Shown here: piece by piece, positions 17,230 through 24,812 of the stretch
Layout of the letters: each line of letters starts with the position of its first letter
Numbering within the stretch: position 1 is the first letter of the stretch
Source: an uncultured Nitrosopumilales archaeon
GTDB lineage: Archaea; Thermoproteota; Nitrososphaeria; Nitrososphaerales; UBA57
NCBI GenBank assembly: GCA_964644785.1
Contig: CAZXXP010000004.1
Coordinates: 1 to 35,080, forward strand
Direction: 5' to 3'
DNA: 35,080 nt
Program-made: the position numbers and the translations under genes
The notes under the pieces: generated by a model
What the model was told of the DNA's origin: nothing
Databases searched by the model: none
What the model saw: only the letters and a program-made list of their open reading frames with translations

Positions 17230-17469
17230 ATGAAAGTAAAGTGCCTGCGGTGCGGGAATCAGAGAGAGCACGCATCAGATGTATTGTACGGGGGAATAAT
17301 CGGGGAAACTATTCGCAATAATGTATGTGCTGTATGCTGGGCTGAATGGCACGACATGGAAATGAAGACAATTAACGAAAACAAAATCAATTTTTCAGAC
17401 CCTAACCATAGAAGTTTTGTTGTGCAGAAGATGAAGGAATTCTTGAACCTGCTTAACATTCAGAAATAA
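17230..17469 (+). CDS. YggX-like Fe(2+)-trafficking / oxidative-damage-protection family protein
   Basis: Aligns by eye to E. coli YggX: an N-terminal Cys, then G..G..I.N, W..W, INE.K.N, HR and M..FL in the same order and spacing. Size is 79 aa. Confidence 0.55.
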   Translation: MKVKCLRCGNQREHASDVLYGGIIGETIRNNVCAVCWAEWHDMEMKTINENKINFSDPNHRSFVVQKMKEFLNLLNIQK

Positions 17470-18722
17470 TCCTTTAACCTGCGCTGCTGCGTCCATTCTC
17501 CAATAATTTTGCTCTTCTTTCTCCATACATTCTCTTTAAGTGCCAATCGAGATAGCGTTGCTGGGAGTGCTTGGCGGAAGGTTTCATGCTCTGAAAATTT
17601 CTGCCTCATTGCAGCCCTGACAGTCTCCCTGATGTTCCATACTCCAACAGGCAGTATGTAACCTGGGTGAATCTCTCTTAGTATCAATGCGGAAGCTTGT
17701 CTCCTTATCCCGTCAAGGTATTCAGCGATTGCAAGCCTAGCAGCGTAATAGCTGCCATGAATCCTTGCATACGTTGTCCTGCCAAAATACGATTCGAAAT
17801 CACCTTCTAATGCAGGCTCCTGTTCATTGATATTCCATGTAGTATTGGGGAACCAGGCCTCCAGCATTTCATACCTCCATAACTCCGGAGCAAGTATTAT
17901 TGAGAACCTGTTGTCAAGGTTTGCAAAATTATACACTCGGAACTTGTTTATGGTCTCATAGCGCTTAATTTTTTCTATTAATTGCAGGGAAATGTTGCTG
18001 TCTACGGCAGTTATGCTCCATCGCGTAGGCACGACCTTTCTTTTTGTTGAGACTCCAAACATACCCAAGCTAAAAGCTTTTTGCAGCCGAGAAACTTCGA
18101 CTCCCCTTCTAAAAAGAACGAATGTTGCTTCTGACGCAGTTAGATCTTTGTCGTAATAGCCACGCTCGATTCTTTTGTCAGCAGTCATTGAGGAAGGCTT
18201 GAAGTACTTTAACGGGGCAGACGGGCCAAACGGTTGCGATTCTTCGCTCAGAACAAACCTTTCGTCAGGTCTGCGCTCTAAAACCATCTCAGCATCTATA
18301 TGTCGCGGAGACATGACGATCTCCTGTAGAATTAGTAACAGTTTCCCAGGATTGTTAGCTTCATGAATATCTATCCTACTCATACCCCTGATTAGTTTGT
18401 ATCTATAGCCTACAATTTCATCAAAACTCTTACCCAGCCAGCCTTCGGGGGAGTCAAAGATCTCCGTTGACCCTGTAATAGGAGGAACTAGAGGGCCCAC
18501 GGAAACTTTTGGATACCCAGCGTTACCAACAAAGACTCCCGGAGGAGAAGAGCCAGAAAACTCTGTGGCTGAAATAAGAGGTTTTGCCTTGTAAATGGCC
18601 TCTGCCTTGACAATTATGGGGCATCTGGGTTTTCCGCACAGCCTCTTTACAGCCTTGCATGCAATGCACAGCTCTGCAGGTATGTCGAAATCTTTGAAGA
18701 CATCCAGAATTAGAGCGTTCAA
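17460..18722 (-). CDS. nreA: Nre-family DNA repair protein (NreA-like)
   Basis: The N-terminal CIACKAVKRLCGKPRCPI Cys cluster is typical of the archaeal Nre (COG1602) family. The C-terminus QRRLKDYF is a canonical PIP box (QxxLxxYF, nt 17463-17486). Confidence 0.7.
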   Translation of the reverse strand: MNALILDVFKDFDIPAELCIACKAVKRLCGKPRCPIIVKAEAIYKAKPLISATEFSGSSPPGVFVGNAGYPKVSVGPLVPPITGSTEIFDSPEGWLGKSFDEIVGYRYKLIRGMSRIDIHEANNPGKLLLILQEIVMSPRHIDAEMVLERRPDERFVLSEESQPFGPSAPLKYFKPSSMTADKRIERGYYDKDLTASEATFVLFRRGVEVSRLQKAFSLGMFGVSTKRKVVPTRWSITAVDSNISLQLIEKIKRYETINKFRVYNFANLDNRFSIILAPELWRYEMLEAWFPNTTWNINEQEPALEGDFESYFGRTTYARIHGSYYAARLAIAEYLDGIRRQASALILREIHPGYILPVGVWNIRETVRAAMRQKFSEHETFRQALPATLSRLALKENVWRKKSKIIGEWTQQRRLKDYF

Positions 18723-18745
18723 CCGAGCATTAATAGAAAGTTGCC

Positions 18746-19672
18746 CTATAAAGCCGATATTATTGTTTTTTTGATTTTTGCAAAGGCTTCTTCAAGCTTC
18801 AAACTATCGACACTTCCTGATGCAAAGTCTGCTTTCCCTCCGCCCTTGCCTCCTAAAGGCGCTAATGAAACTCTGAGTACCTCTGCAGAATTGAATTTGA
18901 TGTCTGGACTCTTGGCAAGCAACACAAACCCCTTTTCCGCCTTGCTTGCAAGTATTACAATACTCCTTTGAGTCTTAATCAATTCACCGGCCCTTTCCAT
19001 TAGAACTTTGTTCTCCAAACCTTCAAATATTTTGGAATAGAGCTTTGCACCATTGAAATCCTCTGCAGGGATTGATGAAACATCTCTTTCACTTGCTACC
19101 TTGATTTTCTTCTTAAGATCATTAACCTCTGCTTTTAGGTTAGCTGCAGTCTTTTCGATAGTATTCAATGAGGCACCTATAATATTTGCAACTTTCATCA
19201 GCAAAGCAGAATATTCCAACGCAGTAACCTTGGCCTTCTCTCCGACTTCGAACCGTATCTCATAAGTATCGCCTTCTTTAGAGAAACTTGTGACCAAGAA
19301 GAACCCACATTCTCTGGAGTTCTTTGCATGTTCTCTTGTACACGCCGAATAATCACAGCTATCAACCTCCACGACCCTGACTTGTCCTGAGATTCTTTCC
19401 TCTATAGCACGCATCTTCGGAAACTTTTTCCTAGCTTCCTCAAGGTTGGGGAAGAAATGTTCGATTATGCTCTTACCCTCCACAATTACAGAATTTGCAA
19501 GTTTTTCTGCCTGAAGCACTTGATCCCAAGTTAGCCCTTCACTTTTGACGAACATACTGTTCCTTTCCTCTGTCTGTTCGACCTTGCTTACCGATACGTT
19601 AGGAACAATTCTCTGCAGGTTGCCCATGAATATGTGCTCACCCGTATGTGCTAGGGCTATCTGGTTCAACAT
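18746..19672 (-). CDS. alaX: AlaX-type alanyl-tRNA editing protein (tRNA_SAD plus DHHA1-like C-terminal domain)
   Basis: Zinc-binding HxxxH (AHTGEH) and CxxxH (CTREH) editing motifs. The C-terminal GGKGGGKADFASGS resembles the AlaRS C-terminal domain. Confidence 0.7.
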   Translation of the reverse strand: MLNQIALAHTGEHIFMGNLQRIVPNVSVSKVEQTEERNSMFVKSEGLTWDQVLQAEKLANSVIVEGKSIIEHFFPNLEEARKKFPKMRAIEERISGQVRVVEVDSCDYSACTREHAKNSRECGFFLVTSFSKEGDTYEIRFEVGEKAKVTALEYSALLMKVANIIGASLNTIEKTAANLKAEVNDLKKKIKVASERDVSSIPAEDFNGAKLYSKIFEGLENKVLMERAGELIKTQRSIVILASKAEKGFVLLAKSPDIKFNSAEVLRVSLAPLGGKGGGKADFASGSVDSLKLEEAFAKIKKTIISAL

Positions 19673-19711
19673 GTCATCAAAAGGTTTTGAGCTAGATATC
19701 TGTTGAATGTG

Positions 19712-20113
19712 CTATTTCTTGCCTATTGAACGTATGTCTAGCAGGGAAGTGTAGAGTGCTATCTGTGCAGCTATTGCAAACAAACCTCCAGTAATATCCC
19801 CAACTATCCCTATGATGCTGACAATTACCATGAACTTCAAGGCCCTTTTTGCCATCTCGCTCTCCGCATTTGTTGTGAAATACTTATTCCTCGTCATGTT
19901 GATCAAAACAAGAAACATTCCGAAGCCTCCCATAACGTCCAAAATGGCGCCAAACAGGTTTGCCAGGGGGCCGAAATCCCAGGGCTTGTTGTCAGGAGCA
20001 GTCTGCATTATTATTGGGCCGCTGAAGGTAACACCAAATGCGCTGACAGTGAATATCATGAATGTTATTATGGCCTTGGCTCTGGGCATGGCAAGGCCGT
20101 TATGCGTAAGCAC
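19712..20113 (-). CDS. Small integral membrane protein (about 4 TM helices)
   Basis: Four hydrophobic stretches in 133 aa. GTG start, with an alternative ATG at codon 9. No family recognised. Confidence 0.45.
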   Translation of the reverse strand: MLTHNGLAMPRAKAIITFMIFTVSAFGVTFSGPIIMQTAPDNKPWDFGPLANLFGAILDVMGGFGMFLVLINMTRNKYFTTNAESEMAKRALKFMVIVSIIGIVGDITGGLFAIAAQIALYTSLLDIRSIGKK

Positions 20114-20120
20114 TTAAGGT

Positions 20121-20482
20121 TTAGTCAAACATAACATGCTCGGGCTTTATCTTCAGAATAACACGCTTCTGTTTCTCGGTCTTTTCCACGGAAATCTCTT
20201 TCCCATATATTTCATCGAAAGTTTCTCTATATGCTCATCCGCGCCTGTTGTTGTCGTTTGTACGTCTCTTCCCCTTATTGCTCACATAGTGTAAGGATCC
20301 TTACTGTCAATTATTGAAAGAGCGACTCTGGAGTCGCTTTTGACATTTCTGTACTTAATCCCCTTCCCGGTAGCATTGATCAGTACGAGACCGTCATCGT
20401 AATCGACTCAAACAGGTGTAACCTGTGGAGAACCGTCAGGAATTAGAGTTGCGAGATGGGCGAAGTTCTTACCTTCAACCAT
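20121..20482 (-). pseudogene. Decayed PPOX-class (pyridoxamine 5'-phosphate oxidase-like, probable F420/FMN-binding) gene
   Basis: My translation: MVEGKNFAHLATLIPDGSPQVTPV*VDYDDGLVLINATGKGIKYRNVKSDSRVALSIIDSKDPYTM*AIRGR...EHIEKLSMKYMGK, then a 1-nt frameshift near 20198-20204, then EISVEKTEKQKRVILKIKPEHVMFD*. The in-frame TGA codons at 20408-20410 and 20282-20284 sit where this family has conserved Trp. Confidence 0.7.
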
Positions 20483-20675
20483 CTTTACTGCTCTGATAAC
20501 TAAACTGTGTATGAGTCTAGGTGTTGGGCCGATGAGAAGAAAAGAGGAATCATGCTAATCACATTTAGGTTATCAGAACCATCTTTATTGCTTCTTTTGA
20601 CAGCTTTACCATTTATACTAAATTTATTTCTGTTAGCAGACATATTTTCTGTCAAACAGATTTAAGAACAGGATT

Positions 20676-20989
20676 ATGTGCAAGAGGTAAGCTTTGAGGA
20701 AGACCGGCCATGTAATTTTGCCTCTGCATGGAGGACACACTCCTGAACGGCTGGCGAGCAGAATGAAAAACTGTCGGATGAAATGGTTCGCCAGCTCAGA
20801 AGTGAATACAGCCCTAAGGAGTTCTTAGCTAGGATTTCCGATCCATTCTGGTTTCAGGCTTTCGGAGGTGTTTTAGGTTTTGACTGGCACTCTTGGGGTT
20901 TGATGACTGTCGTTGCAGGAGAGTTGAAAGATGTTCTGCAGTTTGACAGGCATGGTGTAAAGGCTGCCGGAGGGAGTACGCTGAGGTAG
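20676..20989 (+). pseudogene. Truncated, frameshifted DUF763-family gene remnant
   Basis: Frame 1 reads ...GHVILPLHGGHTPERLASRM and has an early TAA. After a shift near 20757-20765 the sequence continues KLSDEMVRQLRSEYSPKEFLARISDPFWFQAFGGVLGFDWHSWGLMTVVAGELK...AAGGSTLR*. The LPLHGG...SDPFWFQAFG..GFDWHS pattern matches the DUF763 N-terminus as I recall it. Those proteins are about 380-400 aa, and only about 95 aa remain here. Confidence 0.55.
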
Positions 20990-21087
20990 ATCCGTTTAGA
21001 GTTTCTCAAGCTAGCAGAACGATACAAACTAATTCCCAGAAATGAGGGGATTTACACACCAATACGTTTGGTGAATGAACTTCGAAA

Positions 21088-21097
21088 GTATATATCA
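21088..21097 (+). promoter_or_regulatory. TATA-like box (GTATATATCA, preceded by purine-rich CGAAA) for the FtsZ-like operon
   Basis: Centred about 27 nt upstream of ATG 21119, which implies a leaderless first gene. The downstream genes instead use short gaps, and one has an SD (GAGGT 22057-22061). Confidence 0.35.
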
Positions 21098-21118
21098 TAA
21101 GCTAAGGAACAAGGCTCG

Positions 21119-22063
21119 ATGACCTTACAGAGAAGACTCGGCGTTACAGGAATAGCAACCATAGCAATTACTCTGTTTCTTATTTCACTACCTCATTCTT
21201 ATTCGCAAGGGCCTACACCTGCAATAATCTCTGACTTTACTGTAAGAGATCCCAACGGGAACGATGTAACTAACAAACCTCTCGTAGCAGGAGGCACGTA
21301 CATGTTCTCATTCTCCGTCGCAATAGGAACTACATTAACTGACCAGATAATAATGTCAACTAGCCTTGAAAAAGTCGGAGACAGATATTGGACGCTTGAA
21401 AACAACTACCAAGGTGTCGATACAAATTCTTGGCAGCCAGGAGGCTCGAGAGTGGCGTTCAAGGCTATTCAGGGTACTCCGAAGTTTACCCTCGCAGGAA
21501 AGATTAACTCGAACATGACGGTAGAGATCGTAAAAGACGGCAAAACCACACATTTTCCGGTCAAGGTTCCAGTCCTAAGTATAGCTCTCCAGTCAACACA
21601 AAATGTTTTGGATCAAAAAATCATGAATGTCACAGACCAAGCAATAATTCAGTACCAAAACACACTGAACACTAAGCAGAACCTTTTGGCCGGTAGCCAG
21701 ACAATACCGCAATATGCTACACTTGCGCAGGGTATTATTGAACAAGCGCAGGCACTAGCCAACGTAGGCTATGTGGAAGACGCGACAAAGATTCTATCTG
21801 TAATACCTTCGTCAGGCCTGCCATCTCCTCCTGGCGTAGAATCCACTTTTCTCTACCTTGCGATAGGAATAGGGGTTGTAGCAGCGATATTCGCAGTCAT
21901 GTTCCTGAGAGCCAATTCAGGCAAATCCGTTATTGTAAGGCAGGCTGACGAAGAGGCCAAGAAGTTAGATGTCCTTCTTGTGAAGGCAAATAGAATAGAC
22001 AAAAGCCTTGCTATGGAGATTGAAACCGTTAAGAAAAAGCTTGAGGACCTGACAAAGAGGTAA
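21119..22063 (+). CDS. Type-I membrane protein: signal peptide, extracellular beta-rich and helical domain, one TM, about 50-aa cytoplasmic coiled-coil tail
   Basis: N-terminal GIATIAITLFLISLPHSYSQ is signal-like. The TM segment is FLYLAIGIGVVAAIFAVMFL near aa 243-262. The tail EEAKKLDVLLVKANRIDKSLAMEIETVKKKLEDLTKR is heptad-like. No family recognised. Confidence 0.6.
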   Translation: MTLQRRLGVTGIATIAITLFLISLPHSYSQGPTPAIISDFTVRDPNGNDVTNKPLVAGGTYMFSFSVAIGTTLTDQIIMSTSLEKVGDRYWTLENNYQGVDTNSWQPGGSRVAFKAIQGTPKFTLAGKINSNMTVEIVKDGKTTHFPVKVPVLSIALQSTQNVLDQKIMNVTDQAIIQYQNTLNTKQNLLAGSQTIPQYATLAQGIIEQAQALANVGYVEDATKILSVIPSSGLPSPPGVESTFLYLAIGIGVVAAIFAVMFLRANSGKSVIVRQADEEAKKLDVLLVKANRIDKSLAMEIETVKKKLEDLTKR

Positions 22064-22068
22064 CCGAC

Positions 22069-24798
22069 GTGGCAAGCACACCAAAAAAATATCTGAGTTC
22101 AATCCAACTCGTAGGTTTGGGTGGTACGGGGGTAAACACGATAGAGGCTTTCATAAAGAACAGGAGAGGACTCCTTCCTCTTCTGAAGAAAGAAGGTATC
22201 AGAGTTTCCATGCTGGCTCTGGATGTTGCCGATCATGACATACGGAGTCTTGAAGGGGCTTACAAAGAGTTAAGGGAGGAAATGAAGACACAAGGAATAC
22301 CAGCAGAGAAGATCGATCTCATTGCCAAGACGGTAAAGTTTCCTACACCAGAATCGATGTTCGACTTCATTTCGCGCTACCCGGAATATTTGGAGAGAGA
22401 GGGTGCAAGGAAGCCCAAAGACTATACACCTTGGCTCTCCTCATCATTGGAGATTCCCCCTCTTGCAGGAGGAGTTGGCAGAAAAAGGGCACTCTCAAAA
22501 GCCATCTACGGGTTGAACTATTATCACCTAAAACTGGTGGAGAATCACATGGACTCCTTCAAGGAACACGTCTTTTCATCTACGATTCAGCCTGTCATTT
22601 TCATAATATATGGAATTGGAGGAGGCACTGGTAGCGGAATAATTCCAGACTTTGCGAGACACCTCAGGCATAAGGTTGGCAGCGGCGTTCCAATAATAGG
22701 CATTGCAATATTGCCGTGCGCAGGCGACGACCCTCCAGCCAAAGGTTCTGCCTCTTACGCTTCGCTTTTGGAGCATGAACTGCTGATAGAGAGATCTAAG
22801 AATAACTTCGTGACGCAGAATTATGGAGATACCTACCAGAACCCGTTCACAGCACTACTGATGATGCCTTTGGGACCTGCTTACGGCAGGACAGGGAGTG
22901 TAGTAGATGCGAGGATGTTGATTGACGATGCGATGGTAGACATACTCATGAAGTCTTTGAACTTTGACCTTGCCGACCTCTTTAACAACATAGGCTCAAA
23001 TGTAGATCTTTCGGGGAACTGGGTCCATATAATATCAACGCTGAAGGTTTCTTACCCAGTAGCGGAGTTCATCGACATTACAAAGATATATCTGAAGAAA
23101 TTAGACAGGATAAGAGACCTCCGCAGGGAGAAGAAGGAGGTATGGACTGGTTCAGCAAAGGATGGCAACGGAGGAATCTACGGGATACTGAAGGCCAACT
23201 TTGACGAGCTTACAAACATATACAAGCAGATTCTAATAGAGAAGAACGCCTACGACGAAAAAACCTTCGAGAAAGAACGTGCAAACTTCATTGCCGAGGG
23301 CAAGTCGATCGAGTCTGACTTGATAATGCACCTGAAGGGCGCAGAAGAGTCCATACGCATCCAGGTCAATGAGCTTGCGAAGGCCGTACTTTCCATAGGC
23401 ATGGATGCTCCAGATGGGACGATAGAGGCGAGGATACGCAACCTTGTTGAAAACGTCGTTGAAATGGCATCAGTAATTTCGAAAAACTATCAGAAGTTCC
23501 AAGCATCTGCAAATGACATTGCAGAAGATTTGAGGGGTAGCCTCCCAAGCGCACAACAGCTAACTCACAGGCAATCCCAAATTCTCAACGATACCATCGA
23601 CTTCACAGAGCTACTCGATGGCTACATAACTGGTTTGAGGCTGTACTTAGATACCAGTGCCTTTGCAGACAAGCTGGCAAAGTTAGTCGCAAGGGCGGAG
23701 AGGACAGAAGCCAATCAGGAACTGCTACGCAGGGTGCAGAAGATAATGAACCCCGAACTCGTAGTACTCTTGACACTCTTATCATCCCTATTCACTCCTA
23801 TGACTTCTGAAATCAAAACTGTGGATGCAAGGCTTAGCGATGCAAGGTTGATCAGAAAGGTGCTAGCGGAGAATGTGGAGAAGACAAAGGCGCACCTAGA
23901 GAATCTAGAAATGAAGAAGCGCAGCAGAGAAGGCGAGAAGGATAGGATAGACAAGGATCTAAGCAAGATACGCATTGCTTTTATCGCCGGAAACAAGAAA
24001 AGCTATCTGGAGACCAAGTCCAGAGAGTTTGAGCACGAGTTAAGGGTGATAGCTTCAGAGATAGAAACAGTGAACAGTGAGCTCAGTAGAGGTCAGACTA
24101 AACTTAACGAATATGTTGGGATAGAGAAGAAGTTCGATATTAATGCTGAGCTTAGGAAGGCAATTGCTGAAATTACAGAGCTCAACAATGTGTATTATGA
24201 TAAGATGAACCAAGTGATGAAGGATAGAGGCTACTATGATAAGGTCGCTGAGCTTACCGAGAGCGAGCAGCTGAAGATCATGCAGAGGATCCTTTCAGAA
24301 GAAGAGACCTCTCTGACAGACGAGAACATATTGAAGGAGATCATAGATAGGAAGCACTTCAGAGATTATCTTGTAGGCGCATTGGGAATATTCAGAATTC
24401 CTGCAACTCTGGGTTTGACGGCAGAATACAGAACAGATTACCTCTGGGTTACCGTGGTCTCGCCAAGAGGGATATGGGATAAGGATCTCGATTCAGATGT
24501 CAAGACGATACTTTCAGGCTATATCAAGCAGGACGCTTCAAAGACCATCTACATACGCGAAGTCGATTCCGACGATCCATGGACATTGAGATTCCTGATA
24601 ATCGCTGCGAAGGCTAAGGTGACCATGCTTGAAGGCTACAAAGACATGAAGTCGATTTACGAACAGAGTGTACCATCAGAACGTATTCTATCCCACTCAT
24701 TCCTACTTGAACAAGGAGTGCATGCAGTTGAGTCGGGGAAGCTGGCACCCAACAGCCTATTAGATAGGCCATCACGAGCAGAAGAACTCAAGGAATAA
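22069..24798 (+). CDS. Giant FtsZ/tubulin-superfamily GTPase (909 aa) with extensive coiled-coil region
   Basis: IQLVGLGGTGVNTIEAF (T1, compare FtsZ IGVGGGGGNAV); LAGGVGRKRA (T3-like); GIGGGTGSG (exact tubulin/FtsZ signature, nt 22618-22638); LNFDLADLF (T7 NxDxxD, nt 22960-22977). About aa 340-760 is charged and heptad-rich. GTG start with GAGGT SD 7 nt upstream. Confidence 0.8.
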   Translation: MASTPKKYLSSIQLVGLGGTGVNTIEAFIKNRRGLLPLLKKEGIRVSMLALDVADHDIRSLEGAYKELREEMKTQGIPAEKIDLIAKTVKFPTPESMFDFISRYPEYLEREGARKPKDYTPWLSSSLEIPPLAGGVGRKRALSKAIYGLNYYHLKLVENHMDSFKEHVFSSTIQPVIFIIYGIGGGTGSGIIPDFARHLRHKVGSGVPIIGIAILPCAGDDPPAKGSASYASLLEHELLIERSKNNFVTQNYGDTYQNPFTALLMMPLGPAYGRTGSVVDARMLIDDAMVDILMKSLNFDLADLFNNIGSNVDLSGNWVHIISTLKVSYPVAEFIDITKIYLKKLDRIRDLRREKKEVWTGSAKDGNGGIYGILKANFDELTNIYKQILIEKNAYDEKTFEKERANFIAEGKSIESDLIMHLKGAEESIRIQVNELAKAVLSIGMDAPDGTIEARIRNLVENVVEMASVISKNYQKFQASANDIAEDLRGSLPSAQQLTHRQSQILNDTIDFTELLDGYITGLRLYLDTSAFADKLAKLVARAERTEANQELLRRVQKIMNPELVVLLTLLSSLFTPMTSEIKTVDARLSDARLIRKVLAENVEKTKAHLENLEMKKRSREGEKDRIDKDLSKIRIAFIAGNKKSYLETKSREFEHELRVIASEIETVNSELSRGQTKLNEYVGIEKKFDINAELRKAIAEITELNNVYYDKMNQVMKDRGYYDKVAELTESEQLKIMQRILSEEETSLTDENILKEIIDRKHFRDYLVGALGIFRIPATLGLTAEYRTDYLWVTVVSPRGIWDKDLDSDVKTILSGYIKQDASKTIYIREVDSDDPWTLRFLIIAAKAKVTMLEGYKDMKSIYEQSVPSERILSHSFLLEQGVHAVESGKLAPNSLLDRPSRAEELKE

Positions 24799-24812
24799 TG
24801 CAGAATTGATCA

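Noticed and set aside
20282-20410. In-frame TGA codons at Trp positions could suggest TGA-to-Trp recoding or a selenoprotein.
   Set aside because: Other genes in the window clearly terminate at TGA (mre11, trmB, OFOR alpha) and use TGG for Trp. The same remnant also carries a frameshift. Ordinary pseudogenisation explains it.
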